A DNA stretch of 40,999 nucleotides from assembly GCA_043819035.1 (NCBI GenBank), contig JBDRFD010000005.1:1-40999 (forward strand). The letters are read 5' to 3'. Within the stretch, counting starts at the first letter, position 1; every line of letters begins with the position of its first letter. A program made the position numbers and the translations under genes. Shown here piece after piece: positions 17,548 through 26,929 of this stretch. The DNA is from Patescibacteria group bacterium. GTDB taxonomy: Bacteria > Patescibacteriota > Gracilibacteria > Peribacterales > Peribacteraceae. The notes beneath the pieces were generated by a model that was given only the letters and a program-made list of their open reading frames with translations, did not search any database and was not told the origin of the DNA.

Positions 17548-20277
17548 AATGTTCGTTTCCTTTTTATCCTTTTTTTCCTTCAATTGCAAAAGCGTCTTAC
17601 TCGGCTCCGGCACTCCCCCGCTCTCTTTGAGCTTCTTCTCGAGTTCCGCCATCTCCTTCTTCTCATCGTCACTTAAAGCTTCTCCCATAAAGTCCTTCTT
17701 GCGAATCATATTAAAATCATTCACCCACATTTCCCGATCACGCCACTTACGATATTCATCCAGTTTCATGCCCTTTTTACGTGCCTTCTTGACCTCTTCC
17801 TCTTCCTTCTCTTTTGCCTTACCCGCCTGCTTAGCATCCTTTCTCCCCTCTGCAGCAGACTGTGCCCACTTGTAGATCTTACCCTCGACCTCGCTGCGAG
17901 ACTTGCTGTATCGCTCACGCGAAAGGCTCCGAAGCGTCTGCACACGCCCTGGGTCTTGTTTGAACACAGGTGGCGGCAGCGTGGTCACGGAGAACGGCTT
18001 CGAAGGAACGCCATCAATCATCACGCGTGCGTATGCATGGTACTTGGGCAGACTTAAGATGTCCTTTGCAGTCACCATTTCTTCAAACTGCAAACTCATT
18101 TCTTCCGCATCATCACTGCCTACCTGGAAGCTGATGAGGGATCCGACGTTTCCGAAGACGGCATCACGAAGTGCAGTGTTTTTATCATCAATCAAAAGCT
18201 GCGCCACGTACTGGTTCGCCATCGTCAGAGAGAGGCGATATTTGCGCGCCTCGGAGAGAATGGTGGCAAACGATTCGGTCGCAAAGTTCTGGAACTCATC
18301 AACGTAAAGATAAAAATCTTTACGCTCTGCTTCCGGAATATCTGCGCGGCTCATCGCATCAATCTGGAATTTGGTCACAAGCATCGATCCGAGGAACGCA
18401 GACACGTCTTCACCCAGTTTTCCTTTACTCAAATTGACAAGGACAATCTTGCCGGTATCCATCGCATGGCGAAGGTCCACAGAGCTCTTCACCTGCCCGA
18501 CAATGTTGCGCATGATGGGAGTAGAGAGAAGTTGGCCGACTTTGTTCTGGATGGCTGAAATTGCCTCGGTGCGGTACTTCTCTGACCATTGTGCGTACTC
18601 ATCTTGCCAGAAACTTTTGACCAGTGGATCGGTGATCTTTTCCACAACTTTAGAACGGTATGCATCGTCAGCGAACATGCGCATAATCCCCAACATCGAG
18701 GAACCTTGGTACTCCAGAAGTGCCAGAAGTGTATTGCGGAGTATGTGCTTCATGCGCTCACTCCATACATCCGGCCAGAGTTTGGTAAATACTCCCATCA
18801 GACCTGATGCGACAATCGGGCGCTGGTCGGGATCGGTTGCCTCCAGCATATTGAAGGAAATAGGGAAGTCCCGATCTGCCGGATCGAAGAGGATGATGTC
18901 GTTCGAGCGGCTCTTTGGAATGAACTGCATGATTGCATCGATGAGATCGCCGTGTGGATCAATGACACCAACCCCCTTACCCTCATGCACATCCGAGAAG
19001 ACCATGTTCTCCAAGAGCGTGGATTTTCCCATTCCCGTTTTTCCGATGCAATAGATATGTCGCCTGCGGTCGTCGGGGCGGATACCAAATTTTGTTCGCT
19101 GTCCGCGGAACACTGCTTCCCCAAGGATTGTAACTTCCTTTTCCTCTGCAAGTGGTAAGTCGATGGGTGGTTCTAGCTTCTTACTCAGCACCCAATCAAT
19201 GTTCGGTGTTTGCACGAGAATCGTCGGTGGATGCCAAATGGTCGCAATTTCCTCAACGGATAAAATGTATGGAGTCGTATCGTGCCCATGTGACATGCGT
19301 GCTCCTTGCTTAATCTTTCCCAATTCAAAAGCATTACAATTGGGAAGAGAAAATTGGCGAAAACTCCCCGCTATTTCCTCCACCTTTGCAGTGGCTTGTT
19401 CCCTATTGCCCGCCGGTGCAATGACACTGATTCTCACATTACACAAAAACATCAGGCGATTGGCTTTATCCAGAGCCGCAGTAAGCGCATTCTCACGATC
19501 ATGTGAACGTGTGCTTGCGCGCTCAATTTCCTCTTCTTCGGGATCGGAAGAAATAGAAGCAGTATCACCTGTCATCTTAATAGGCGCTGTAAAGTATTTG
19601 TTAAACCCCGGCCAGGCGCGAAATCCCCCCATAATAAATGCAACAGGCAGGAAGGCGATCCTTCTCCAGCCGCGAGCCAACTGCATTCTTGTAAAAAAAC
19701 ATGCGTAGTTGTCCGATAGAGATGCAATTCCCTTATCCAGCAAAGGAATAAATCTAATCGCCCTGTGGCGGAACCTCCAGCCGATTGGCTTCATAACAAT
19801 CTGCACATGGCCCCGCATTCCTGGGACCGGAGACCTGGAAAAAGATGAAGTTATTCCGGCAATTGGGTCAACATTCACCCGCGTAAGAATGTCATCGAAC
19901 TGCGGATGGCGCTTGATGGGATAAATCTCCGGATCGGTGAGCTCGAGTTCAGCAGTGAATACTTCTTCTCCTTCCTTCGCCGCAAAAGGATCATCCTGTA
20001 CCTGTTCGATATCCACATCAGGATACTGCGCATAGAGTTGTCCTTCCGCCAATCGCACAGCGCGTTCATTCCCCCTCACAAAAAAACCGATTTTTCCTTC
20101 CCGCGTCATTCCAACTTCCATACTGACCATTTGATTCTTATCTTTCAAAGAATGCAGTGCCGCAATAGCAGGTTCCATATACAGCGGACCACGGTTGTGC
20201 CTGTCCTCAGGGTCTGCATGGGCCGGACGAATTCGAAGAAGTTTTGATATCATGAGACACATTGAGAAAACGAACAC
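17542..20277 (-). CDS. VirB4/TrwB(TraG)/HerA-like P-loop ATPase
   Basis: DRRRHIYCIGKTGMGKS Walker A, IDPHGD, LYVDEFQNF Walker B, LSEARKYRLSLTMANQY. True start may be ATG 20253. Confidence 0.9.
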   Translation of the reverse strand: MFVFSMCLMISKLLRIRPAHADPEDRHNRGPLYMEPAIAALHSLKDKNQMVSMEVGMTREGKIGFFVRGNERAVRLAEGQLYAQYPDVDIEQVQDDPFAAKEGEEVFTAELELTDPEIYPIKRHPQFDDILTRVNVDPIAGITSSFSRSPVPGMRGHVQIVMKPIGWRFRHRAIRFIPLLDKGIASLSDNYACFFTRMQLARGWRRIAFLPVAFIMGGFRAWPGFNKYFTAPIKMTGDTASISSDPEEEEIERASTRSHDRENALTAALDKANRLMFLCNVRISVIAPAGNREQATAKVEEIAGSFRQFSLPNCNAFELGKIKQGARMSHGHDTTPYILSVEEIATIWHPPTILVQTPNIDWVLSKKLEPPIDLPLAEEKEVTILGEAVFRGQRTKFGIRPDDRRRHIYCIGKTGMGKSTLLENMVFSDVHEGKGVGVIDPHGDLIDAIMQFIPKSRSNDIILFDPADRDFPISFNMLEATDPDQRPIVASGLMGVFTKLWPDVWSERMKHILRNTLLALLEYQGSSMLGIMRMFADDAYRSKVVEKITDPLVKSFWQDEYAQWSEKYRTEAISAIQNKVGQLLSTPIMRNIVGQVKSSVDLRHAMDTGKIVLVNLSKGKLGEDVSAFLGSMLVTKFQIDAMSRADIPEAERKDFYLYVDEFQNFATESFATILSEARKYRLSLTMANQYVAQLLIDDKNTALRDAVFGNVGSLISFQVGSDDAEEMSLQFEEMVTAKDILSLPKYHAYARVMIDGVPSKPFSVTTLPPPVFKQDPGRVQTLRSLSRERYSKSRSEVEGKIYKWAQSAAEGRKDAKQAGKAKEKEEEEVKKARKKGMKLDEYRKWRDREMWVNDFNMIRKKDFMGEALSDDEKKEMAELEKKLKESGGVPEPSKTLLQLKEKKDKKETNIV

Positions 20278-20345
20278 CGGAATCCGGAACTCGAAATCAG
20301 GAATTCGGTTGTCACGGATTCCGGATTCCGGATGCCGGATTCCGA
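20276..20345. repeat. Inverted 7-nt repeat (GGAATCC / GGATTCC)
   Basis: CCGGAATCCGGAACTCGAAATCAGGAATTCGG versus CGGATTCCGGATTCCGGATGCCGGATTCCG; same family as 30952-31020. Confidence 0.8.
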
Positions 20346-20379
20346 TAACCCCAAAATAATCTTCATTGAGAACACACTG

Positions 20380-21090
20380 TCAATAAGAACGTAATAAGTC
20401 AGCAACCAAATCAATCGCCACCGTATTGTACGCGTAATCCATCCGCATGGGACCCAGAATTCCCAGAACTCCACGGAAATCCCGCACACGATATTCTGTC
20501 ACCATCATAGAACAGCTTTGAATAGAACTGAGGATATGTTCATCACCAATGTAGTAACGCACCTTGTTATCCACATCCACCTCGGAGAGCAATGCATTCA
20601 ACTTATCCTCAAGAAGTTCTGCAACACCACTTGCAAGAAGAGGATTGCTCTGGAATTCCGGTTGCTTGAGAACATTACTTAAGCCCAAGTAGTACACACG
20701 ATCTTTATGCGGAACCGAAGCGAAGGCAACATTTGGAATCATGTGCGAAAGAAGCGCTACAGCTTCGTACACTCTCTCCTGATCTTTGCGCTGGAAATAT
20801 TGTTCCCGCAGCGTTTCGAATTTTCGGCGGACTGCTTTCTCCCGCACAGTCGGCTTCATAAAATCCTGCACGTACATTCTGTACCCTCGCGCAGTCGGAA
20901 TACGACCGGAGGAAATGTGCGGCTGCTCCAGAAATCCCTCATCCTCCAGCAGACCCATCTCATTGCGAATCGTTGCAGAGGAGCAGAAGAAATCCCCGGA
21001 TTCTAAAAGCCGTCTGGACCCTACCGGCAGAGCTGTCTCGATGAATTGGTCGATTATCGCCACCAGAAGCTTACTTTGGCGCTCGTTCAT
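20380..21090 (-). CDS. hrcA: Heat-inducible transcription repressor HrcA (short form)
   Basis: PVGS..SSATIRNEM..LE..G.LEQPHISSGRIPT..GYR N-terminus; GILGPMRMDY C-terminus. Confidence 0.95.
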   Translation of the reverse strand: MNERQSKLLVAIIDQFIETALPVGSRRLLESGDFFCSSATIRNEMGLLEDEGFLEQPHISSGRIPTARGYRMYVQDFMKPTVREKAVRRKFETLREQYFQRKDQERVYEAVALLSHMIPNVAFASVPHKDRVYYLGLSNVLKQPEFQSNPLLASGVAELLEDKLNALLSEVDVDNKVRYYIGDEHILSSIQSCSMMVTEYRVRDFRGVLGILGPMRMDYAYNTVAIDLVADLLRSY

Positions 21091-21099
21091 GGGTCTAGA

Positions 21100-21126
21100 A
21101 TAGCAATCAAAATGGCCGAGTGCTAG
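21100..21126. promoter_or_regulatory. CIRCE element (HrcA operator)
   Basis: aTAGCAATC-AAAATGGCC-GAGTGCTAg versus consensus TTAGCACTC-N9-GAGTGCTAA, just upstream of the hrcA start and overlapping a TATTCT -10 box. Confidence 0.9.
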
Positions 21127-21142
21127 ACAATATGTGCCTCTT

Positions 21143-21260
21143 TTAGGTGATAGGTGATAGGTTTATAGGTTTGGGGAAGAGGTGTTGAGGGAAGAGGTAT
21201 GGAAAAACGACCATGAATAAAACTAAACTAAAAACCAACAAACCAGAAACCAGTAAACAA
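21143..21260. repeat. 7-nt tandem repeats (TAGGTGA; AAACCAG/AAACTAA)
   Basis: TTAGGTGATAGGTGATAGGTTTATAGG and AAAACTAAACTAAAAACCAACAAACCAGAAACCAG; related arrays at 30131-30304 and 37076-37110. Confidence 0.7.
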
Positions 21261-21264
21261 TCGC

Positions 21265-21486
21265 TTACTTCTTCTTTTCCCGTCCCGCCGCCATCCTCTT
21301 CCTAAACCTCTCAACCCGTCCTCCCTTCATTTCCTTACGCTGTTTGCCTGTATACACCGGATGGCACTGAGAGCAGGTTTCCACCGTGATCTCCTTTAAT
21401 GTGCTTGGAATCTTAAAAATCACCCCGCACGTGGTGCAGGTAGTTTTGGCATCCCGGTGTGTTTCGGGGTGGATTCCGGCTTTCAT
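21265..21486 (-). CDS. rpmE: 50S ribosomal protein L31 (Zn-binding type)
   Basis: MKAGIHP..CTTCG..VETCSQCHPVYTGKQ..GRVERFRKR. Confidence 0.96.
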   Translation of the reverse strand: MKAGIHPETHRDAKTTCTTCGVIFKIPSTLKEITVETCSQCHPVYTGKQRKEMKGGRVERFRKRMAAGREKKK

Positions 21487-21528
21487 ATCGGGAGGATTGT
21501 ACAGAGAATGTGGTGCGCCACAAGAAAC

Positions 21529-22035
21529 TTAAGAGGATTCTTCAGCACCTTCAACTGAATCTCTGCGATAAATAGTTATCTCAGATGAATATTTATTTGG
21601 CTCCATCGTTGGGAGAAAAAAGAAGCCACCATCTTCCCCCTCACTCAGATTTAGAATTCTGCATATATCATCAGCTATGGGCCAGTGACGGCGCTGTTCT
21701 GCTCTTGAAAAAGGATCAATATGAATATCAAAATAAGGCTTACCTGCAGGATATATGTTGCCCAATCCAATGTTCACTGTAACCAGAGAAACATTCAACC
21801 ATTGCTCTCTAATATGTTGCGCAACAGCATCGAGCTGTGGCTTTCTGATTTGATAATCAGCTAGATGCCCTGCGGTATCCGGCGCTGGCAAGCGTGTATC
21901 GCATAAAAAATCATTAACTGCTGGCATAGTCTGGCGAAGAGCATCTATTGCCTTCCTTCTCAGACGTGCCGTTTCGTCGTCATCACTTGAATCGCCCAAC
22001 GGATCCGGATTTTCATTCATCATAAAGACGAGCAA
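21529..22035 (-). CDS. Hypothetical protein
   Basis: 168-aa ORF filling the gyrA-rpmE gap on the same strand; no motif recognised. Confidence 0.6.
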   Translation of the reverse strand: MLVFMMNENPDPLGDSSDDDETARLRRKAIDALRQTMPAVNDFLCDTRLPAPDTAGHLADYQIRKPQLDAVAQHIREQWLNVSLVTVNIGLGNIYPAGKPYFDIHIDPFSRAEQRRHWPIADDICRILNLSEGEDGGFFFLPTMEPNKYSSEITIYRRDSVEGAEESS

Positions 22036-22059
22036 ATTAGCATAGAATAATTTAGAGTA

Positions 22060-25000
22060 CTACCTCCTTTTTGCCTTTTTCTTTTCTCCAACCTTCTTCT
22101 TCTTAAAGACTGGCTTCTTCTTAGCCGGAGCCTTCTTCACAACCTTCTTCGGCTTTGGCTTTGCCTTCATCTTCTTCTTAGGTTTGGGCTTAGATTTTAC
22201 CTTCTTTTTAGGCTTAGGCTTGACCTTTGGTTTAGCCTTTGGCCTTGGTTTTGGTTTTGGTTTTGGCTTAGTTTTTGGCTTTGGCTTAGGAACCAGCTTT
22301 GGTTTCGGCTTAGGCTCAGCAGCTTCCTCGGGCACAGGAGCAGGCTTAGGTGCCTGCGCTACCGCGATTGCTGCTGCCGTTCCTCCCATCCCTGCCATCG
22401 CCCCTACTCCCACCGCCACATTAACTTTCTTTCCCGCGCGCTTCACACGTCGCTCTTCTTTTTTAATCAGCTCGACTTCTTCTGTGCGCGTATCCGCCGC
22501 CGCCTGAATAACTGCTTCCGCCTCTCCTTTATCCAGCATCACCACACTAGTTGTGGATACTTTGTCGCGTGCTTTTAGGCGCATGACGATAACCCCCTGT
22601 GTAGCACGCCCACGGGACGGAATGTCACTTAGTTTCATGCGAATGGCCTGCCCCTGCTTGCTTAGGCAGAGCAGATCACCTTCATCACCTTCCTTCAGAA
22701 CACACCCGCCAACGATATCGCCGGTCTTCGCTGTCAGCTGTGCAGCCTTTACACCAGATCCTCCCCTGCCCTGGAAACGATACTCATTCACCGCTGTCAT
22801 TTTACCAAGCCCATTCTCCATCACCACAAGCAACTTACTCTTACCGGGATCATCTATAGCAGCCGCTTCTACTACCTGATCACCAGGTGAAATTTTGATA
22901 CCACGTACACCGGCTGCAGCACGACCCATCTCGCGTACATCTTCCTCCTTGAAACGAATGGCCTTGCCTTTTTGAGTAACGAGGAGAATTTCATTCTTTC
23001 CAGTTGTAGACAGAACCCAACGGAGTTCATCTCCCGGAGGCATTTTCTGCGCAATAAGACCTGACCTGCGAATGTTCTCAAACTGATCGATTTCCGTGCG
23101 CTTAACCGTTCCTTTTCTCGTAGCCATAAAGAGATGACTCTTGCCTTCCATATCTGCCTTGAGAATAGCTGTGACCTTCTCCTCAGGCTGCAGCTGCAGC
23201 AAGTTCACAATCGCCTGCCCCTTGGCAATGCGCGATCCTTGAGGAAGTTCATACGTAGGTAACTTGAAGATACGTCCGGTATTCGTGAAGAACAAGAGGC
23301 TATCGTGGTTCATTACATTCAGAATCATCATTGTTTCATCTTCTTCCTTTACTTCCATACCCTTCACACCCTTACCCCCGCGCGCCTGCGCACGGAACTG
23401 TTGGGGACTTAAACGTTTTACATACCCACTGAGCGTGAGCGTCACAATCATCGGTGCATTGGGGATCGTATCTTTGGCGGAGAAATCACCGACTGCATGC
23501 CTCACGATGGTTGTACGTCGCTTGTCACCGTACTTTTCTTTTATCTCATCCAACTCCCCTTTGATAATGCCATCGATTCTATTTGGATCCTTGAGGATTA
23601 ACTCGCACTCTGCAATGAACTTTCTTTTCTCCTTAAGCTCATCCTCAATCTTCTTGCGTTCAAGGCCTGCCAACGTCTGCAAACGCATTTGCAAAATCGC
23701 ATCTGCCTGAATTTCAGTCAGTTTGAACTTTTTCACCAGATTCACCTTAGCGATTTCCTTAGTCTCACTCTTTTTAATTGTTTCCACCACCTTATCAATA
23801 TCATTGAGGGCTATACACAAACCCTCCAAAATGTGTGCACGATCTTTGGCACGATCCCGCTCGAATGTCACTCTCCTGCGAGTTACCACTCTGCGGTGAT
23901 CAATGAAGATCTGCAAAAGTTCCTGTAAGTTAAGCAGCCTCGGCTGAATTCCATCGGCAAGTGCAATCGTGTTGTACCCGAAACTCGACTGTAGTTCCGT
24001 GTGCTTAAAGAGCTGATTTAGAATCTTCTGTGGATACGCATCCTTCTTAAGCTCAATAATTACACGGATTCCTTCACGATCCGACTCATCACGAATATCT
24101 GATATCCCCTGTATGACCTTGTCCTGTACCAGGGTCGCCATCTTCTCGATCATGGTAGATTTATTCACCTGATAGGGAATCTCGGAAATTCGGATATGAT
24201 AGCGACCGCTTTTGGCCTCTTCTATCTCCGCCTTTCCGCGCACCACCACAGAACCTCGTCCCGTGAGATACGCCTGTGTCAGAGTCGCTTGGTTGTAGAC
24301 TATTCCGCCTGTTGGGAAGTCCGGTCCTTTGATGAACTCAAGCAAATCTTCCACCGTCGCTTTGGGGTTCTCGATCAAGTGCTCAGTTGCATCAATCAGC
24401 TCAATCAAATTATGTGGTGGAATGTTTGTTGCCATTCCTACCGCGATACCAACCGTCCCATTAAGGAGAAGATTGGGCACTTTAGCAGGAAGAACGGAAG
24501 GCTCTTTGCGCGTTGAATCATAGTTGGGACGAAAATCGACCGTATCTTTATCAATATCTTGCAAAAGCTCCTCGGCCAACTTCTCCATTTTCGATTCGGT
24601 ATATCGCATCGCGGCTGCTCCATCTCCATCAATCGACCCAAAGTTTCCCTGCCCCTTAACAAGCGGATAGCGTAGGGAAAAGTCCTGTGCCATACGTACG
24701 AGCGAGTCGTATATGGCGATGTCACCATGCGGGTGATACTTTCCAAGCACATCTCCTACCACGAGTGCGGACTTGCGGAATTTTGCACTGCTCCGCAGTC
24801 CAAGTTCATTCATAGAAAATAGAACGCGACGATGAACAGGCTTAAGACCATCCCGCGCATCAGGTAAAGCACGGCTGACAATCACACTCATCGCGTAGGC
24901 GAGGTAACTCTCCTCCATCTCATTCACAATCGGCCGCGGAGTGACACTTCCAATATTATTCAGTGCCTCTCCACCATGCAGCGGGCCATGGATCTTGGGT

Positions 25001-25086
25001 TCCTCTTTACCTTCAGAAGTGGCTTCCTCTTGCGAAGAATCTTGTTCCTCAGAATCAGCCGGAGGGGTCTTTTTATCGTCTGACAT
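22060..25086 (-). CDS. gyrA: DNA gyrase subunit A with long Lys/Pro-rich tail
   Basis: [33 protein letters not shown] (catalytic Tyr), GyrA-box QARGGKG, beta-pinwheel repeats. Confidence 0.98.
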   Translation of the reverse strand: MSDDKKTPPADSEEQDSSQEEATSEGKEEPKIHGPLHGGEALNNIGSVTPRPIVNEMEESYLAYAMSVIVSRALPDARDGLKPVHRRVLFSMNELGLRSSAKFRKSALVVGDVLGKYHPHGDIAIYDSLVRMAQDFSLRYPLVKGQGNFGSIDGDGAAAMRYTESKMEKLAEELLQDIDKDTVDFRPNYDSTRKEPSVLPAKVPNLLLNGTVGIAVGMATNIPPHNLIELIDATEHLIENPKATVEDLLEFIKGPDFPTGGIVYNQATLTQAYLTGRGSVVVRGKAEIEEAKSGRYHIRISEIPYQVNKSTMIEKMATLVQDKVIQGISDIRDESDREGIRVIIELKKDAYPQKILNQLFKHTELQSSFGYNTIALADGIQPRLLNLQELLQIFIDHRRVVTRRRVTFERDRAKDRAHILEGLCIALNDIDKVVETIKKSETKEIAKVNLVKKFKLTEIQADAILQMRLQTLAGLERKKIEDELKEKRKFIAECELILKDPNRIDGIIKGELDEIKEKYGDKRRTTIVRHAVGDFSAKDTIPNAPMIVTLTLSGYVKRLSPQQFRAQARGGKGVKGMEVKEEDETMMILNVMNHDSLLFFTNTGRIFKLPTYELPQGSRIAKGQAIVNLLQLQPEEKVTAILKADMEGKSHLFMATRKGTVKRTEIDQFENIRRSGLIAQKMPPGDELRWVLSTTGKNEILLVTQKGKAIRFKEEDVREMGRAAAGVRGIKISPGDQVVEAAAIDDPGKSKLLVVMENGLGKMTAVNEYRFQGRGGSGVKAAQLTAKTGDIVGGCVLKEGDEGDLLCLSKQGQAIRMKLSDIPSRGRATQGVIVMRLKARDKVSTTSVVMLDKGEAEAVIQAAADTRTEEVELIKKEERRVKRAGKKVNVAVGVGAMAGMGGTAAAIAVAQAPKPAPVPEEAAEPKPKPKLVPKPKPKTKPKPKPKPRPKAKPKVKPKPKKKVKSKPKPKKKMKAKPKPKKVVKKAPAKKKPVFKKKKVGEKKKAKRR

Positions 25087-25154
25087 ATTTCCTGCAAAGC
25101 ATAGCGAAAATTATTATAAATGGAAGGGGTTTTGTTTCCATGATAAACATACCA

Positions 25155-25244
25155 AGCTGGATGGTTGGATGGTTGGATGGCTGCTAAAGTGGCAACCAGC
25201 TTTGGGTTCGCTTGCGAACCATCCAACCATCCAGCTATCCAGCT
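25155..25244. repeat. 8-nt-period palindromic element, copy 2
   Basis: AGCTGGATGGTTGGATGGTTGGATGGC-TGCTAAAGTGGCAAC-N16-TGCGAACCATCCAACCAT-CCAGCTATCCAGCT, ending at the rsmI ATG. Confidence 0.88.
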
Positions 25245-25916
25245 ATGCTCTCAATCGTTTCAACCCCCATCGGAAATTTAGGTGACATAACTAAGCGCGC
25301 CATAGAAACCCTCTCGAACGTTGATGCCATCATCTGCGAAGACACACGCGTGACTGGGAACCTATGCAAGCAATTGGAAATTCCTAAGAAAGAATTCATC
25401 TCTATGCACAGCTATACATCTGACCGGAAAATTGAAGAGGTTTTAAAACGCCTGAAGAAAGGAGAGGACATGGCCGTGGTCACCGACGCCGGAACTCCGG
25501 GAATATCGGATCCCGGATTCAAGCTAATAAGCCAAGCGCGACAACGGAAAATAGAAATTGAAGTAATTCCCGGCCCATCCGCCTTTCTAGCAGCACTTTC
25601 TGTGAGCGGACTTCCGGCGAATCAGTTCCTTTACCTGGGCTATCTCCCTCTAAAGAAAGGAAGGAAACGCCTCCTCGCATCTTTCGCCGACGAAAAGCAC
25701 ACCATCGTTTTCTACGAATCCGTCCACCGTATCGAGAAAGCACTCAACGAACTCGCGGAGGCCTTGGGCGATCAACCGGATCGTAAAGTGGTCATTGCGA
25801 GAGAGCTCACTAAGCTTCATGAAGAAGTAATCGAGACTACCGCAGCAGAACTTCTGACCGTTGCTCAGGAAATTATGAAAAAGGGAGAGTTTGTGGTGGT
25901 TGTGGGAGCTATTTGA
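25245..25916 (+). CDS. rsmI: 16S rRNA (cytidine1402-2'-O)-methyltransferase
   Basis: STPIGNLGDIT, CEDTRVT, VTDAGTPGISDPG, PGPSA, FYESVHRI, ARELTKLHEE, KGEFVVVV. Confidence 0.96.
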   Translation: MLSIVSTPIGNLGDITKRAIETLSNVDAIICEDTRVTGNLCKQLEIPKKEFISMHSYTSDRKIEEVLKRLKKGEDMAVVTDAGTPGISDPGFKLISQARQRKIEIEVIPGPSAFLAALSVSGLPANQFLYLGYLPLKKGRKRLLASFADEKHTIVFYESVHRIEKALNELAEALGDQPDRKVVIARELTKLHEEVIETTAAELLTVAQEIMKKGEFVVVVGAI

Positions 25917-25922
25917 GACACA

Positions 25923-26071
25923 GTCTGAACCGCAGATTACGCAGATAGCGCAGATTTCGCAGATGCTCGCTTAAAAACAACAGATTCATATGTAGAAATC
26001 TGCGCCTGCCGGCCATAGCTCATTGGCGACGGCTGGTAATCCTTTTAATCTGCGCCATCTGCGGTTCAGAC
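25923..26071. repeat. GTCTGAAYC-family element, copy 6
   Basis: GTCTGAACCGCAGATTACGCAGATAGCGCAGATTTCGCAGAT ... AATCTGCGCCATCTGCGGTTCAGAC. Confidence 0.88.
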
Positions 26072-26084
26072 AAGGGAGAACATA

Positions 26085-26120
26085 TAAACAAAGAAAGGGG
26101 CAGCGTTTATGGCGCTGCCC
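26085..26120 (-). terminator. Probable intrinsic terminator
   Basis: GGGCAGCG/CGCTGCCC stem followed on the minus strand by CTTTCTTTGTTT, downstream of ORF 26150..26440. Confidence 0.5.
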
Positions 26121-26149
26121 GGGTCCGACTGCTGATGGGATCCTATAAT

Positions 26150-26440
26150 CTAACGCATCCAGTATCCTACAAGGATTCCATAGACTCCACATCCTACATA
26201 CAACATTACTTGCCATTTGTTGTAACTCCCTCCTGTGAACTTACAGAGCAGGAGACCAAAGAAGGCAATCAATGCAAGCAAGAGGATCATACAACCAACG
26301 AAACGCAAGGAAGCCTTTTCCAGGCCTTCCGTAGTCGTTTTCTTGGAGATCAGCCTAATGCCGATCACCACGTCCATCATTGCAATGATGGACGTAATAA
26401 AATTCATCATCGCAGAGCTCCTTTTATTGTGAGAGAACAA
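26150..26440 (-). CDS. Small membrane protein
   Basis: Three hydrophobic segments; no motif recognised. Confidence 0.45.
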   Translation of the reverse strand: MFSHNKRSSAMMNFITSIIAMMDVVIGIRLISKKTTTEGLEKASLRFVGCMILLLALIAFFGLLLCKFTGGSYNKWQVMLYVGCGVYGILVGYWMR

Positions 26441-26542
26441 CGGTCGGCCTATTACAATAAGCTTAATATTTTTGGTGTCAAAACATTCTTACATGCAAAA
26501 ACGGCGAGGAACCCGAGGGCCCCCGCCATGCTTTGTCAGTCA

Positions 26543-26833
26543 TCACTCGCGACACATCCAGATTCGGATACGATAGTAGATTCGTTTGAACCAGTTTTCG
26601 ATCCGAACATAAATCATGTACGCAGAGTATCCAACGGGAAACAGGAAGATACTTCCCAGCCACATTCCCACAACCAGAAAGAAGTTGTGTGCCATCGAAA
26701 GCTCAATGCAATGAAACATTAAGCCAACGTTGGCAACAATGAACGCGGCAAGGAAAGAATCTTTGGTTGGATCTCTTCGAAACTCGAAGAGCGCCCAACC
26801 CGAAACTCCCGCCAGAGCAACAAGAACAATCAT
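26543..26833 (-). CDS. Small membrane protein
   Basis: Three hydrophobic segments; GAGGT upstream of the ATG. Confidence 0.5.
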   Translation of the reverse strand: MIVLVALAGVSGWALFEFRRDPTKDSFLAAFIVANVGLMFHCIELSMAHNFFLVVGMWLGSIFLFPVGYSAYMIYVRIENWFKRIYYRIRIWMCRE

Positions 26834-26929
26834 TGTTCTACCTCTCTTCCATGAAACGTTGTTGTGAAACGACCGACCGGGATATTTAACACTATTTGGG
26901 GTTATATGTCAAGTTTCCTTTTCACTCCT

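Noticed and set aside
148-26071. GTCTGAAYC elements as MITEs of the resident IS4
   Set aside because: Their termini share no sequence with the IS4 inverted repeats (CAGWRSYGTCCAAAGAAACTT), and no 9-bp target duplications were seen.
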